Assembly: GCA_964016885.1 (NCBI GenBank)
Contig: OZ024740.1
Location: 30,256,001-30,320,000 of the forward strand
Reading direction: 5' to 3'
DNA: 64,000 nt
Source of the DNA: Eledone cirrhosa
Taxonomy: Eukaryota
The position numbers and the translations under genes are program-made. The first letter of the stretch is position 1. Every line of letters starts with the position of its first letter. The notes under the pieces were generated by a model. It was given only the letters and a program-made list of their open reading frames with translations. It was not told the DNA's origin and ran no database searches. This document shows, piece by piece, positions 43,210 through 58,500 of the stretch.

Positions 43210-46200
43210 GACACTGTTAGTTATAGTTACTAGTCCTATTACTGTTACTATAGTGACACTGTTAGTTATAGTTACTAGTCCTATTACTGTTACTATAGTG
43301 ACAGTGTTAGTTATAGTTACTAGTCCTATTACTGTTACTATAGTGACAGTGTTAGTTATAGTTACTAGTCCTATTACTGTTACTTTAGTGACACTGTTAG
43401 TTATAGTTACTAGTCCTATTGCTGTTACTATAGTGACACTGTTAGTTATAGTTACTAGTTCTATTACTGTTACTTTAGTGACACTGTTAGTTATAATTAC
43501 TAGTCCTATTGCTGTTACTATAGTGACACTGTTAATTATAGTTACTAGTCCTATTACTGTTACTATAGTGACACTGTTAATTATAGTTACTAGTCCTATT
43601 ACTGTTACTATAGTGACAGTGTTAGTTATAGTTACTAGTCCTATTACTGTTACTTTAGTGACACTGTTAGTTATAGTTACTAGTCCTATTGCTGTTACTA
43701 TAGTGACACTGTTAGTTATAGTTACTAGTCCTATTACTGTTACTATAGTGACACTGTTAGTTATAGTTACTAGTCCTATTGCTGTTACTATAGTGACACT
43801 GTTAGTTATAGTTACTAGTCCTATTACTGCTACTATAGTGACACTGTTAGTTATAGTTACTAGTCCTATTGCTGTTACTATAGTGACAGTGTTAGTTATA
43901 GTTACTAGTCCTATTACTGTTACTATAGTGACACTGTTAGTTATAGTTACTAGTCCTATTACTGTTACTATAGTGACACTGTTAGTTATAGTTACTAGTC
44001 CTATTGCTGTTACTACAGTGACACTGTTAGTTATAGTTACTAGTCCTATTGCTGTTACTATAGTGACACTGTTAGTTATAGTTACTAGTCCTATTACTGC
44101 TACTATAGTGACACTGTTAGTTATAGTTACTAGTCCTATTGCTGTTACTATAGTGACAGTGTTAGTTATAGTTACTAGTCCTATTACTGTTACTATAGTG
44201 ACACTGTTAGTCATAGTTACTAGTCCTATTACTGTTACTATAGTGACACTGTTAGTTATAGTTACTAGTCCTATTACTGTTACTTTAGTGACACTGTTAG
44301 TTATAGTTACTAGTCATATTACTGTTACTATAGTGACACTGTTAGTTATAGTTACTAGTCCTATTACTGTTACTATAGTGACACTGTTAGTTATAGTTAC
44401 TACTCCTATTACTGTTACTATAGTGACAGTGTTAGTTATAGTTACTAGTCCCATTACTGTCACTATAGTGACACTGTTAGTTATAGTTACTAGTCCTATT
44501 ACTGTTACTATAGTGACACTGTTAGTTATAGTTACTAGTCCTATTACTGTTAGTATAGTGACACTGTTAGTTATAGTTACTAGTCCTGTGACACTGTTAG
44601 TTATAGTTACTAGTCCTATTGCTGTTACTATAGTGACAGTGTTATTTACTGTTACTAGTCTTATTACTGTTACTATAGTGACCCTGTTAGTTACAGTTAC
44701 TAGTCCTATTACTGTTACTATAGTGACACTGTTAGTTACAGTTACTAGTCCTATTGCTGTTACTATAGTGACACTGTTATTTATAGTTACTAGTCCTATT
44801 ACTGTTACTATAGTGACACTGTTAGTTATACTTACTAGTCCTTTTACTGTTACTATAGTGACACTGTTAGTTATAGTTACTAGTCCTATTACTGTTACGA
44901 TAGTGACACTGTTAGTTATAGTTACTAGTCCTATTACTGTTACTATAGTGACACTGTTATTTATAGTTACTAGTACTATTGCTGTTACTATAGTGACACT
45001 GTTAGTTATAGTTACTAGTCTTATTACTGTTACTATAGTGACTATGTTAGTTATAGTTACTAGTCCTATTATGTTACTATAGTGACAGTGTTAGTTATAG
45101 TTACTAGTCCTATTACTGTTACTATAGTGACACTGTTAGTTATAGTTACTAGTCCTATTACTGTTACTATAGTGACACTGTTATTTATAGTTACTAGTCC
45201 TATTATGTTACTATAGTGACAGTGTTAGTTATAGTTACTAGTCCTATTACTGTTACTATAGTGACACTGTTAGTTATAGTTACTAGTCCTATTACTGTTA
45301 CTATAGTGACACTGTTATTTATAGTTACTAGTCCTAATGCTGTTACTATAGTGACACTGTTAGTTATAGTTACTAGTCTTATTACTGTTACTATAGTGAC
45401 TATGTTAGTTATAGTTACTAGTCCTATTACTGTTACTTTAGTGACACTGTTACTTATAGTTACTAGTCCTATTGCTGTTACTATAGTGACACTGTTAGTT
45501 ATAGTTACTAGTCCTATTATTGTTACTATAGTGACACTGTTAGTTATAGTTACTAGTTCTATTACTGTTACTATAGTGACACTGTTAGTTATAGTTACTA
45601 GTCCTATTGCTGTTACTATAGTGACACTGTTAGTTATAGTTACTAGTCCTATTATTGTTACTATAGTGACACTGTTAGTTATAGTTACTAGTTCTATTAC
45701 TGTTACTATAGTGACACTGTTAGTTATAGTTACTAGTCCTATTACTGTTACTATAGTGGCACTGTTAGTTATAGTTACTAGTCCTATTACTGTTACTATA
45801 GTGACACTGTTAGTTATAGTTACTAGTCCTATTACTGACACTGTTAGTTATAGTTACTAGTCCTATTACTGTTACTATAGTGACACTGTTAGTTATAGTT
45901 ACTAGTCCTATTACTGTTACTTTAGTGACACTGTTAGTTATAGTTACTAGTCCTATTACTGTTACTATAGTGACAGTGTTAGTTATAGTTACTAGTCCTA
46001 TTACTGTTACTATAGTGACACTGTTAGTTATAGTTACTAGTCCTATTACTGACACTGTTAGTTATAGTTACTAGTCCTATTACTGTTACTATAGTGACAC
46101 TGTTAGTTATAGTTACTAGTCCTATTACTGTTACTATAGTGACACTGTTAGTTATAGTTACTACTCCTATTACTGTTACTATAGTGACAGTGTTAGTTAT

Positions 46201-49200
46201 AGTTACTAGTCCTATTACTGTTACTATAGTGACACTGTTAGTTATAGTTACTAGTTCTATTACTGTTACTATAGTGACACTGTTAGTTATAGTTACTAGT
46301 CCTATTGCTGTTACTATAGTGACACTGTTAGTTATAGTTACTAGTCCTATTATTGTTACTATAGTGACACTGTTAGTTATAGTTACTAGTTCTATTACTG
46401 TTACTATAGTGACACTGTTAGTTATAGTTACTAGTCCTATTACTGTTACTATAGTGGCACTGTTAGTTATAGTTACTAGTCCTATTACTGTTACTATAGT
46501 GACACTGTTAGTTATAGTTACTAGTCCTATTACTGACACTGTTAGTCATAGTTACTAGTCCTATTACTGTTACTATAGTGACACTGTTAGTTATAGTTAC
46601 TAGTCCTATTACTGTTACTTTAGTGACACTGTTAGTTATAGTTACTAGTCCTATTACTGTTACTATAGTGACAGTGTTAGTTATAGTTACTAGTCCTATT
46701 ACTGTTACTATAGTGACACTGTTAGTTATAGTTACTAGTCCTATTACTGACACTGTTAGTTATAGTTACTAGTCCTATTACTGTTACTATAGTGACACTG
46801 TTAGTTATAGTTACTAGTCCTATTACTGTTACTTTAGTGACACTGTTAGTTATAGTTACTAGTCCTATTACTGTTACTATAGTGACAGTGTTAGTTATAG
46901 TTACTAGTCCTATTACTGTTACTATAGTGACACTGTTAGTTATAGTTACTAGTCCTATTACTGACACTGTTAGTTATAGTTACTAGTCCTATTACTGTTA
47001 CTATAGTGACACTGTTAGTTATAGTTACTAGTCCTATTACTGTTACTATAGTGACACTGTTAGTTATAGTTACTACTCCTATTACTGTTACTATAGTGAC
47101 AGTGTTAGTTATAGTTACTAGTCCTATTACTGTTACTATAGTGACACTGTTAGTTATAGTTACTAGTTCTATTACTGTTACTATAGTGACACTGTTAGTT
47201 ATAGTTACTAGTCCTATTGCTGTTACTATAGTGACACTGTTAGTTATAGTTACTAGTCCTATTATTGTTACTATAGTGACACTGTTAGTTATAGTTACTA
47301 GTTCTATTACTGTTACTATAGTGACACTGTTAGTTATAGTTACTAGTCCTATTACTGTTACTATAGTGGCACTGTTAGTTATAGTTACTAGTCCTATTAC
47401 TGTTACTATAGTGACACTGTTAGTTATAGTTACTAGTCCTATTACTGACACTGTTAGTTATAGTTACTAGTCCTATTACTGTTACTATAGTGACACTGTT
47501 AGTTATAGTTACTAGTCCTATTACTGTTACTTTAGTGACACTGTTAGTTATAGTTACTAGTCCTATTACTGTTACTATAGTGACAGTGTTAGTTATAGTT
47601 ACTAGTCCTATTACTGTTACTATAGTGACACTGTTAGTTATAGTTACTAGTCCTATTACTGTTACTATAGTGACACTGTTAGTTATAGTTACTAGTCCTA
47701 TTACTGTTACTATAGTGACACTGTTAGTTATAGTTACTAGTCCTATTACTGTTACTATAGTGACACTGTTAGTTATAGTTACTAGTCCTATTACTGTTAC
47801 TATAGTGACACTGTTAGTTATAGTTACTAGTCCTGTGACACTGTTATTTACTGTTACTAGTCTTATTACTGTTACTATAGTGACCCTGTTAGTTACAGTT
47901 ACTAGTCCTATTACTGTTACTATAGTGACACTGTTAGTTACAGTTACTAGTCCTATTGCTGTTACTATAGTGACAGTTATTTATAGTTACTAGTCCTATT
48001 GCTGACACTGTTAGTTATAGTTACTAGTCCTATTACTGTTACTATAGTGACAGTGTTAGTTATAGTTACTAGTCCTATTACTGTTACTATAGTGACAGTG
48101 TTAGTTATAGTTACTAGTCCTATTACTGTTACTATAGTGGCACTGTTAGTTATAGTTACTAGTCCTATTACTGTTACTATAGTGACACTGTTAGTTATAG
48201 TTACTAGTCCTATTACTGACACTGTTAGTTATAGTTACTAGTCCTATTACTGTTACTATAGTGACAGTGTTAGTTATAGTTACTAGTCCTATTACTGTTA
48301 CTATAGTGACAGTGTTAGTTATAGTTACTAGTCCTATTACTGTTACTTTAGTGACACTGTTAGTTATAGTTACTAGTCCTATTGCTGTTACTATAGTGAC
48401 ACTGTTAGTTATAGTTACTAGTTCTATTACTGTTACTTTAGTGACACTGTTAGTTATAATTACTAGTCCTATTGCTGTTACTATAGTGACACTGTTAATT
48501 ATAGTTACTAGTCCTATTACTGTTACTATAGTGACACTGTTAATTATAGTTACTAGTCCTATTACTGTTACTATAGTGACACTGTTAGTTATAGTTACTA
48601 GTCCTATTGCTGTTACTACAGTGACACTGTTAGTTATAGTTACTAGTCCTATTGCTGTTACTATAGTGACACTGTTAGTTATAGTTACTAGTCCTATTAC
48701 TGCTACTATAGTGACACTGTTAGTTATAGTTACTAGTCCTATTGCTGTTACTATAGTGACAGTGTTAGTTATAGTTACTAGTCCTATTACTGTTACTATA
48801 GTGACACTGTTAGTCATAGTTACTAGTCCTATTACTGTTACTATAGTGACACTGTTAGTTATAGTTACTAGTCCTATTACTGTTACTTTAGTGACACTGT
48901 TAGTTATAGTTACTAGTCCTATTACTCTTACTATAGTGACCCTGTTAGTTATAGTTACTAGTCCTATTACTGTTACTATAGTGACACTGTTAGTTATAGT
49001 TACTACTCCTATTACTGTTACTATAGTGACAGTGTTAGTTATAGTTACTAGTCCTATTACTGTCACTATAGTGACACTGTTAGTTATAGTTACTAGTCCT
49101 ATTACTGTTACTATAGTGACACTGTTAGTTATAGTTACTAGTCCTATTACTGTTACTATAGTGACACTGTTAGTTATAGTTACTAGTCCTGTGACACTGT

Positions 49201-52200
49201 TAGTTATAGTTACTAGTCCTATTGCTGTTACTATAGTGACAGTGTTATTTACTGTTACTAGTCTTATTACTGTTACTATAGTGACCCTGTTAGTTACAGT
49301 TACTAGTCCTATTACTGTTACTATAGTGACACTGTTAGTTACAGTTACTAGTCCTATTGCTGTTACTATAGTGACACTGTTATTTATAGTTACTAGTCCT
49401 ATTACTGTTACTATAGTGACACTGTTAGTTATACTTACTAGTCCTTTTACTGTTACTATAGTGACACTGTTAGTTATAGTTACTAGTCCTATTACTGTTA
49501 CGATAGTGACACTGTTAGTTATAGTTACTAGTCCTATTACTGTTACTATAGTGACACTGTTATTTATAGTTACTAGTCCTATTGCTGTTACTATAGTGAC
49601 ACTGTTAGTTATAGTTACTAGTCTTATTACTGTTACTATAGTGACTATGTTAGTTATAGTTACTAGTCCTATTATGTTACTATAGTGACAGTGTTAGTTA
49701 TAGTTACTAGTCCTATTACTGTTACTATAGTGACACTGTTAGTTATAGTTACTAGTCCTATTACTGTTACTATAGTGACACTGTTATTTATAGTTACTAG
49801 TCCTATTATGTTACTATAGTGACAGTGTTAGTTATAGTTACTAGTCCTATTACTGTTACTATAGTGACACTGTTAGTTATAGTTACTAGTCCTATTACTG
49901 TTACTATAGTGACACTGTTATTTATAGTTACTAGTCCTAATGCTGTTACTATAGTGACACTGTTAGTTATAGTTACTAGTCTTATTACTGTTACTATAGT
50001 GACTATGTTAGTTATAGTTACTAGTCCTATTACTGTTACTTTAGTGACACTGTTACTTATAGTTACTAGTCCTATTGCTGTTACTATAGTGACACTGTTA
50101 GTTATAGTTACTAGTCCTATTATTGTTACTATAGTGACACTGTTAGTTATAGTTACTAGTTCTATTACTGTTACTATAGTGACACTGTTAGTTATAGTTA
50201 CTAGTCCTATTGCTGTTACTATAGTGACACTGTTAGTTATAGTTACTAGTCCTATTATTGTTACTATAGTGACACTGTTAGTTATAGTTACTAGTTCTAT
50301 TACTGTTACTATAGTGACACTGTTAGTTATAGTTACTAGCCCTATTACTGTTACTATAGTGGCACTGTTAGTTATAGTTACTAGTCCTATTACTGTTACT
50401 ATAGTGACACTGTTAGTTATAGTTACTAGTCCTATTACTGACACTGTTAGTTATAGTTACTAGTCCTATTACTGTTACTATAGTGACACTGTTAGTTATA
50501 GTTACTAGTCCTATTACTGTTACTTTAGTGACACTGTTAGTTATAGTTACTAGTCCTATTACTGTTACTATAGTGACAGTGTTAGTTATAGTTACTAGTC
50601 CTATTACTGTTACTATAGTGACACTGTTAGTTATAGTTACTAGTCCTATTACTGACACTGTTAGTTATAGTTACTAGTCCTATTACTGTTACTATAGTGA
50701 CACTGTTAGTTATAGTTACTAGTCCTATTACTGTTACTATAGTGACACTGTTAGTTATAGTTACTACTCCTATTACTGTTACTATAGTGACAGTGTTAGT
50801 TATAGTTACTAGTCCTATTACTGTTACTATAGTGACACTGTTAGTTATAGTTACTAGTTCTATTACTGTTACTATAGTGACACTGTTAGTTATAGTTACT
50901 AGTCCTATTGCTGTTACTATAGTGACACTGTTAGTTATAGTTACTAGTCCTATTATTGTTACTATAGTGACACTGTTAGTTATAGTTACTAGTTCTATTA
51001 CTGTTACTATAGTGACACTGTTAGTTATAGTTACTAGTCCTATTACTGTTACTATAGTGGCACTGTTAGTTATAGTTACTAGTCCTATTACTGTTACTAT
51101 AGTGACACTGTTAGTTATAGTTACTAGTCCTATTACTGACACTGTTAGTTATAGTTACTAGTCCTATTACTGTTACTATAGTGACACTGTTAGTTATAGT
51201 TACTAGTCCTATTACTGTTACTTTAGTGACACTGTTAGTTATAGTTACTAGTCCTATTACTGTTACTATAGTGACAGTGTTAGTTATAGTTACTAGTCCT
51301 ATTACTGTTACTATAGTGACACTGTTAGTTATAGTTACTAGTCCTATTACTGACACTGTTAGTTATAGTTACTAGTCCTATTACTGTTACTATAGTGACA
51401 CTGTTAGTTATAGTTACTAGTCCTATTACTGTTACTTTAGTGACACTGTTAGTTATAGTTACTAGTCCTATTACTGTTACTATAGTGACAGTGTTAGTTA
51501 TAGTTACTAGTCCTATTACTGTTACTATAGTGACACTGTTAGTTATAGTTACTAGTCCTATTACTGACACTGTTAGTTATAGTTACTAGTCCTATTACTG
51601 TTACTATAGTGACACTGTTAGTTATAGTTACTAGTCCTATTACTGTTACTATAGTGACACTGTTAGTTATAGTTACTACTCCTATTACTGTTACTATAGT
51701 GACAGTGTTAGTTATAGTTACTAGTCCTATTACTTTTACTATAGTGACACTGTTAGTTATAGTTACTAGTTCTATTACTGTTACTGTAGTGACACTGTTA
51801 GTTATAGTTACTAGTCCTATTGCTGTTACTATAGTGACACTGTTAGTTATAGTTACTAGTCCTATTATTGTTACTATAGTGACACTGTTAGTTATAGTTA
51901 CTAGTTCTATTACTGTTACTATAGTGACACTGTTAGTTATAGTTACTAGTCCTATTACTGACACTGTTAGTTATAGTTACTAGTCCTATTACTGTTACTA
52001 TAGTGACACTGTTAGTTATAGTTACTAGTCCTATTACTGTTACTTTAGTGACACTGTTAGTTATAGTTACTAGTCCTATTACTGTTACTATAGTGACAGT
52101 GTTAGTTATAGTTACTAGTCCTATTACTGTTACTATAGTGACACTGTTAGTTATAGTTACTAGTCCTATTACTGTTACTATAGTGACACTGTTAGTTATA

Positions 52201-52500
52201 GTTACTAGTCCTATTACTGTTACTATAGTGACACTGTTAGTTATAGTTACTAGTCCTATTACTGTTACTATAGTAACACTGTTAGTTATAGTTACTAGTC
52301 CTATTACTGTTACTATAGTGACACTGTTAGTTATAGTTACTAGTCCTGTGACACTGTTATTTACTGTTACTAGTCTTATTACTGTTACTATAGTGACCCT
52401 GTTAGTTACAGTTACTAGTCCTATTACTGTTACTATAGTGACACTGTTAGTTACAGTTACTAGTCCTATTGCTGTTACTATAGTGACACTGTTATTTATA
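43210..52500 (+). repeat. ~4.5-5.0 kb duplication (core offset 4,603 bp)
   Basis: ORFs 45216/49819, 45880/50483, 46094/50697, 46578/51181 and 46792/51395; variants gtcatag (44212/48815) and cctaatgc. The flanks are shifted by +360 and -90 bp, i.e. whole monomers. Confidence 0.88.
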
Positions 52501-55500
52501 GTTACTAGTCCTATTGCTGTTACTATAGTGACACTGTTAGTTATAGTTACTAGTCTTATTACTGTTACTATAGTGACTATGTTAGTTATAGTTACTAGTC
52601 CTATTATGTTACTATAGTGACAGTGTTAGTTATAGTTACTAGTCCTATTACTGTTACTATAGTGACACTGTTAGTTATAGTTACTAGTCCTATTACTGTT
52701 ACTATAGTGACACTGTTATTTATAGTTACTAGTCCTATTATGTTACTATAGTGACAGTGTTAGTTATAGTTACTAGTCCTATTACTGTTACTATAGTGAC
52801 ACTGTTAGTTATAGTTACTAGTCCTATTACTGTTACTATAGTGACACTGTTATTTATAGTTACTAGTCCTATTGCTGTTACTATAGTGACACTGTTAGTT
52901 ATAGTTACTAGTCTTATTACTGTTACTATAGTGACTATGTTAGTTATAGTTACTAGTCCTATTACTGTTACTTTAGTGACACTGTTACTTATAGTTACTA
53001 GTCCTATTGCTGTTACTATAGTGACACTGTTAGTTATAGTTACTAGTCCTATTATTGTTACTATAGTGACACTGTTAGTTATAGTTACTAGTTCTATTGC
53101 TGTTACTATAGTGACACTGTTAGTTATAGTTACTAGTCCTATTGCTGTTACTATAGTGACACTGTTAGTTATAGTTACTAGTCCTATTATTGTTACTATA
53201 GTGACACTGTTAGTTATAGTTACTAGTTCTATTACTGTTACTATAGTGACACTGTTAGTTATAGTTACTAGTCCTATTACTGTTACTATAGTGGCACTGT
53301 TAGTTATAGTTACTAGTCCTATTACTGTTACTATAGTGACACTGTTAGTTATAGTTACTAGTCCTATTACTGACACTGTTAGTTATAGTTACTAGTCCTA
53401 TTACTGTTACTATAGTGACACTGTTAGTTATAGTTACTAGTCCTATTACTGTTACTTTAGTGACACTGTTAGTTATAGTTACTAGTCCTATTACTGTTAC
53501 TATAGTGACAGTGTTAGTTATAGTTACTAGTCCTATTACTGTTACTATAGTGACACTGTTAGTTATAGTTACTAGTCCTATTACTGACACTGTTAGTTAT
53601 AGTTACTAGTCCTATTACTGTTACTATAGTGACACTGTTAGTTATAGTTACTAGTCCTATTACTGTTACTATAGTGACACTGTTAGTTATAGTTACTACT
53701 CCTATTACTGTTACTATAGTGACAGTGTTAGTTATAGTTACTAGTCCTATTACTGTTACTATAGTGACACTGTTAGTTATAGTTACTAGTTCTATTACTG
53801 TTACTATAGTGACACTGTTAGTTATAGTTACTAGTCCTATTGCTGTTACTACAGTGACACTGTTAGTTATAGTTACTAGTCCTATTATTGTTACTATAGG
53901 GACACTGTTAGTTATAGTTACTAGTTCTATTACTGTTACTATAGTGACACTGTTAGTTATAGTTACTAGTCCTATTACTGTTACTATAGTGGCACTGTTA
54001 GTTATAGTTACTAGTCCTATTACTGTTACTATAGTGACACTGTTAGTTATAGTTACTAGTCCTATTACTGACACTGTTAGTTATAGTTACTAGTCCTATT
54101 ACTGTTACTATAGTGACACTGTTAGTTATAGTTACTAGTCCTATTACTGTTACTTTAGTGACACTGTTAGTTATAGTTACTAGTCCTATTACTGTTACTA
54201 TAGTGACAGTGTTAGTTATAGTTACTAGTCCTATTACTGTTACTATAGTGACACTGTTAGTTATAGTTACTAGTCCTATTACTGACACTGTTAGTTAAAG
54301 TTACTAGTCCTATTACTGTTACTATAGTGACACTGTTAGTTATAGTTACTAGTCCTATTACTGTTACTTTAGTGACACTGTTAGTTATAGTTACTAGTCC
54401 TATTACTGTTACTATAGTGACAGTGTTAGTTATAGTTACTAGTCCTATTACTGTTACTATAGTGACACTGTTAGTTATAGTTACTAGTCCTATTACTGAC
54501 ACTGTTAGTTATAGTTACTAGTCCTATTACTGTTACTATAGTGACACTGTTAGTTATAGTTACTAGTCCTATTACTGTTACTATAGTGACACTGTTAGTT
54601 ATAGTTACTACTCCTATTACTGTTACTATAGTGACAGTGTTAGTTATAGTTACTAGTCCTATTACTGTTACTATAGTGACACTGTTAGTTATAGTTACTA
54701 GTTCTATTACTGTTACTATAGTGACACTGTTAGTTATAGTTACTAGTCCTATTGCTGTTACTATAGTGACACTGTTAGTTATAGTTACTAGTCCTATTAT
54801 TGTTACTATAGTGACACTGTTAGTTATAGTTACTAGTTCTATTACTGTTACTATAGTGACACTGTTAGTTATAGTTACTAGTCCTATTACTGTTACTATA
54901 GTGGCACTGTTAGTTATAGTTACTAGTCCTATTACTGTTACTATAGTGACACTGTTAGTTATAGTTACTAGTCCTATTACTGACACTGTTAGTTATAGTT
55001 ACTAGTCCTATTACTGTTACTATAGTGACACTGTTAGTTATAGTTACTAGTCCTATTACTGTTACTTTAGTGACACTGTTAGTTATAGTTACTAGTCCTA
55101 TTACTGTTACTATAGTGACAGTGTTAGTTATAGTTACTAGTCCTATTACTGTTACTATAGTGACACTGTTAGTTATAGTTACTAGTCCTATTACTGTTAC
55201 TATAGTGACACTGTTAGTTATAGTTACTAGTCCTATTACTGTTACTATAGTGACAGTGTTAGTTATAGTTACTAGTCCTATTACTGACACTGTTAGTTAT
55301 AGTTACTAGTTCTATTACTGTTACTATAGTGACACTGTTAGTTATAGTTACTAGTCCTATTACTGTTACTTTAGTGACACTGTTAGTTATAGTTACTAGT
55401 CCTATTACTGTTACTATAGTGACAGTGTTAGTTATAGTTACTAGTCCTATTACTGTTACTATAGTGACACTGTTAGTTATAGTTACTAGTCCTATTACTG

Positions 55501-58500
55501 ACACTGTTAGTTATAGTTACTAGTCCTATTACTGTTACTATAGTGACACTGTTAGTTATAGTTACTAGTCCTATTACTGTTACTATAGTGACACTGTTAG
55601 TTATAGTTACTACTCCTATTACTGTTACTATAGTGACAGTGTTAGTTATAGTTACTAGTCCTATTACTGTTACTATAGTGACACTGTTAGTTATAGTTAC
55701 TAGTCCTATTACTGTTACTATAGTGACACTGTTAGTTATAGTTACTAGTCGTATTACTGTTACTATAGTGACACTGTTAGTTATAGTTACTAGTCCTGTG
55801 ACACTGTTAGTTATAGTTACTAGTCCTATTGCTGTTACTATAGTGACAGTGTTATTTACTGTTACTAGTCTTATTACTGTTACTATAGTGACCCTGTTAG
55901 TTACAGTTACTAGTCCTATTACTGTTACTATAGTGACACTGTTAGTTACAGTTACTAGTCCTATTGCTGTTACTATAGTGACACTGTTTATTTATAGTTA
56001 CTAGTCCTATTACTGTTACTATAGTGACACTGTTAGTTATACTTACTAGTCCTTTTACTGTTACTATAGTGACACTGTTAGTTATAGTTACTAGTCCTAT
56101 TACTGTTACGATAGTGACACTGTTAGTTATAGTTACTAGTCCTATTGCTGACACTGTTAGTTATAGTTACTAGTCCTATTACTGTTACTTTAGTGACACT
56201 GTTAGTTATAGTTACTAGTCCTATTACTGTTACTATAGTGACAGTGTTAGTTATAGTTACTAGTCCTATTACTGTTACTATAGTGACACTGTTAGTTATA
56301 GTTACTAGTCCTATTACTGACACTGTTAGTTATAGTTACTAGTCCTATTACTGTTACTATAGTGACACTGTTAGTTATAGTTACTAGTCCTATTACTGTT
56401 ACTATAGTGACACTGTTAGTTATAGTTACTACTCCTATTACTGTTACTATAGTGACAGTGTTAGTTATAGTTACTAGTCCTATTACTGTTACTATAGTGA
56501 CACTGTTAGTTATAGTTACTAGTTCTATTACTGTTACTATAGTGACACTGTTAGTTATAGTTACTAGTCCTATTGCTGTTACTATAGTGACACTGTTAGT
56601 TATAGTTACTAGTCCTATTATTGTTACTATAGTGACACTGTTAGTTATAGTTACTAGTTCTATTACTGTTACTATAGTGACACTGTTAGTTATAGTTACT
56701 AGTCCTATTACTGTTACTATAGTGGCACTGTTAGTTATAGTTACTAGTCCTATTACTGTTACTATAGTGACACTGTTAGTTATAGTTACTAGTCCTATTA
56801 CTGACACTGTTAGTTATAGTTACTAGTCCTATTACTGTTACTATAGTGACACTGTTAGTTATAGTTACTAGTCCTATTACTGTTACTTTAGTGACACTGT
56901 TAGTTATAGTTACTAGTCCTATTACTGTTACTATAGTGACAGTGTTAGTTATAGTTACTAGTCAGATTACTGTTACTATAGTGACACTGTTAGTTATAGT
57001 TACTAGTCCTATTACTGACACTGTTAGTTATAGTTACTAGTCCTATTACTGTTACTATAGTGACACTGTTAGTTATAGTTACTAGTCCTATTACTGTTAC
57101 TTTAGTGACACTGTTAGTTATAGTTACTAGTCCTATTACTGTTACTATAGTGACAGTGTTAGTTATAGTTACTAGTCCTATTACTGTTACTATAGTGACA
57201 CTGTTAGTTATAGTTACTAGTCCTATTACTGACACTGTTAGTTATAGTTACTAGTCCTATTACTGTTACTATAGTGACACTGTTAGTTATAGTTACTAGT
57301 CCTATTACTGTTACTATAGTGACACTGTTAGTTATAGTTACTACTCCTATTACTGTTACTATAGTGACAGTGTTAGTTATAGTTACTAGTCCTATTACTT
57401 TTACTATAGTGACACTGTTAGTTATAGTTACTAGTTCTATTACTGTTACTGTAGTGACACTGTTAGTTATAGTTACTAGTCCTATTGCTGTTACTATAGT
57501 GACACTGTTAGTTATAGTTACTAGTCCTATTATTGTTACTATAGTGACACTGTTAGTTATAGTTACTAGTTCTATTACTGTTACTATAGTGACACTGTTA
57601 GTTATAGTTACTAGTCCTATTACTGACACTGTTAGTTATAGTTACTAGTCCTATTACTGTTACTATAGTGACACTGTTAGTTATAGTTACTAGTCCTATT
57701 ACTGTTACTTTAGTGACACTGTTAGTTATAGTTACTAGTCCTATTACTGTTACTATAGTGACAGTGTTAGTTATAGTTACTAGTCCTATTACTGTTACTA
57801 TAGTGACACTGTTAGTTATAGTTACTAGTCCTATTACTGTTACTATAGTGACACTGTTAGTTATAGTTACTAGTCCTATTACTGTTACTATAGTGACACT
57901 GTTAGTTATAGTTACTAGTCCTATTACTGTTACTATAGTAACACTGTTAGTTATAGTTACTAGTCCTATTACTGTTACTATAGTGACACTGTTAGTTATA
58001 GTTACTAGTCCTGTGACACTGTTATTTACTGTTACTAGTCTTATTACTGTTACTATAGTGACCCTGTTAGTTACAGTTACTAGTCCTATTACTGTTACTA
58101 TAGTGACACTGTTAGTTACAGTTACTAGTCCTATTGCTGTTACTATAGTGACACTGTTATTTATAGTTACTAGTCCTATTGCTGTTACTATAGTGACACT
58201 GTTAGTTATAGTTACTAGTCTTATTACTGTTACTATAGTGACTATGTTAGTTATAGTTACTAGTCCTATTATGTTACTATAGTGACAGTGTTAGTTATAG
58301 TTACTAGTCCTATTACTGTTACTATAGTGACACTGTTAGTTATAGTTACTAGTCCTATTACTGTTACTATAGTGACACTGTTATTTATAGTTACTAGTCC
58401 TATTATGTTACTATAGTGACAGTGTTAGTTATAGTTACTAGTCCTATTACTGTTACTATAGTGACACTGTTAGTTATAGTTACTAGTCCTATTACTGTTA

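Noticed and set aside
55981-55995. Singleton indels (T insertion near 55987, 2-bp loss near 47976, 3-bp loss near 36788) as meaningful features
   Set aside because: Each is seen once and could be a private mutation or a consensus error.
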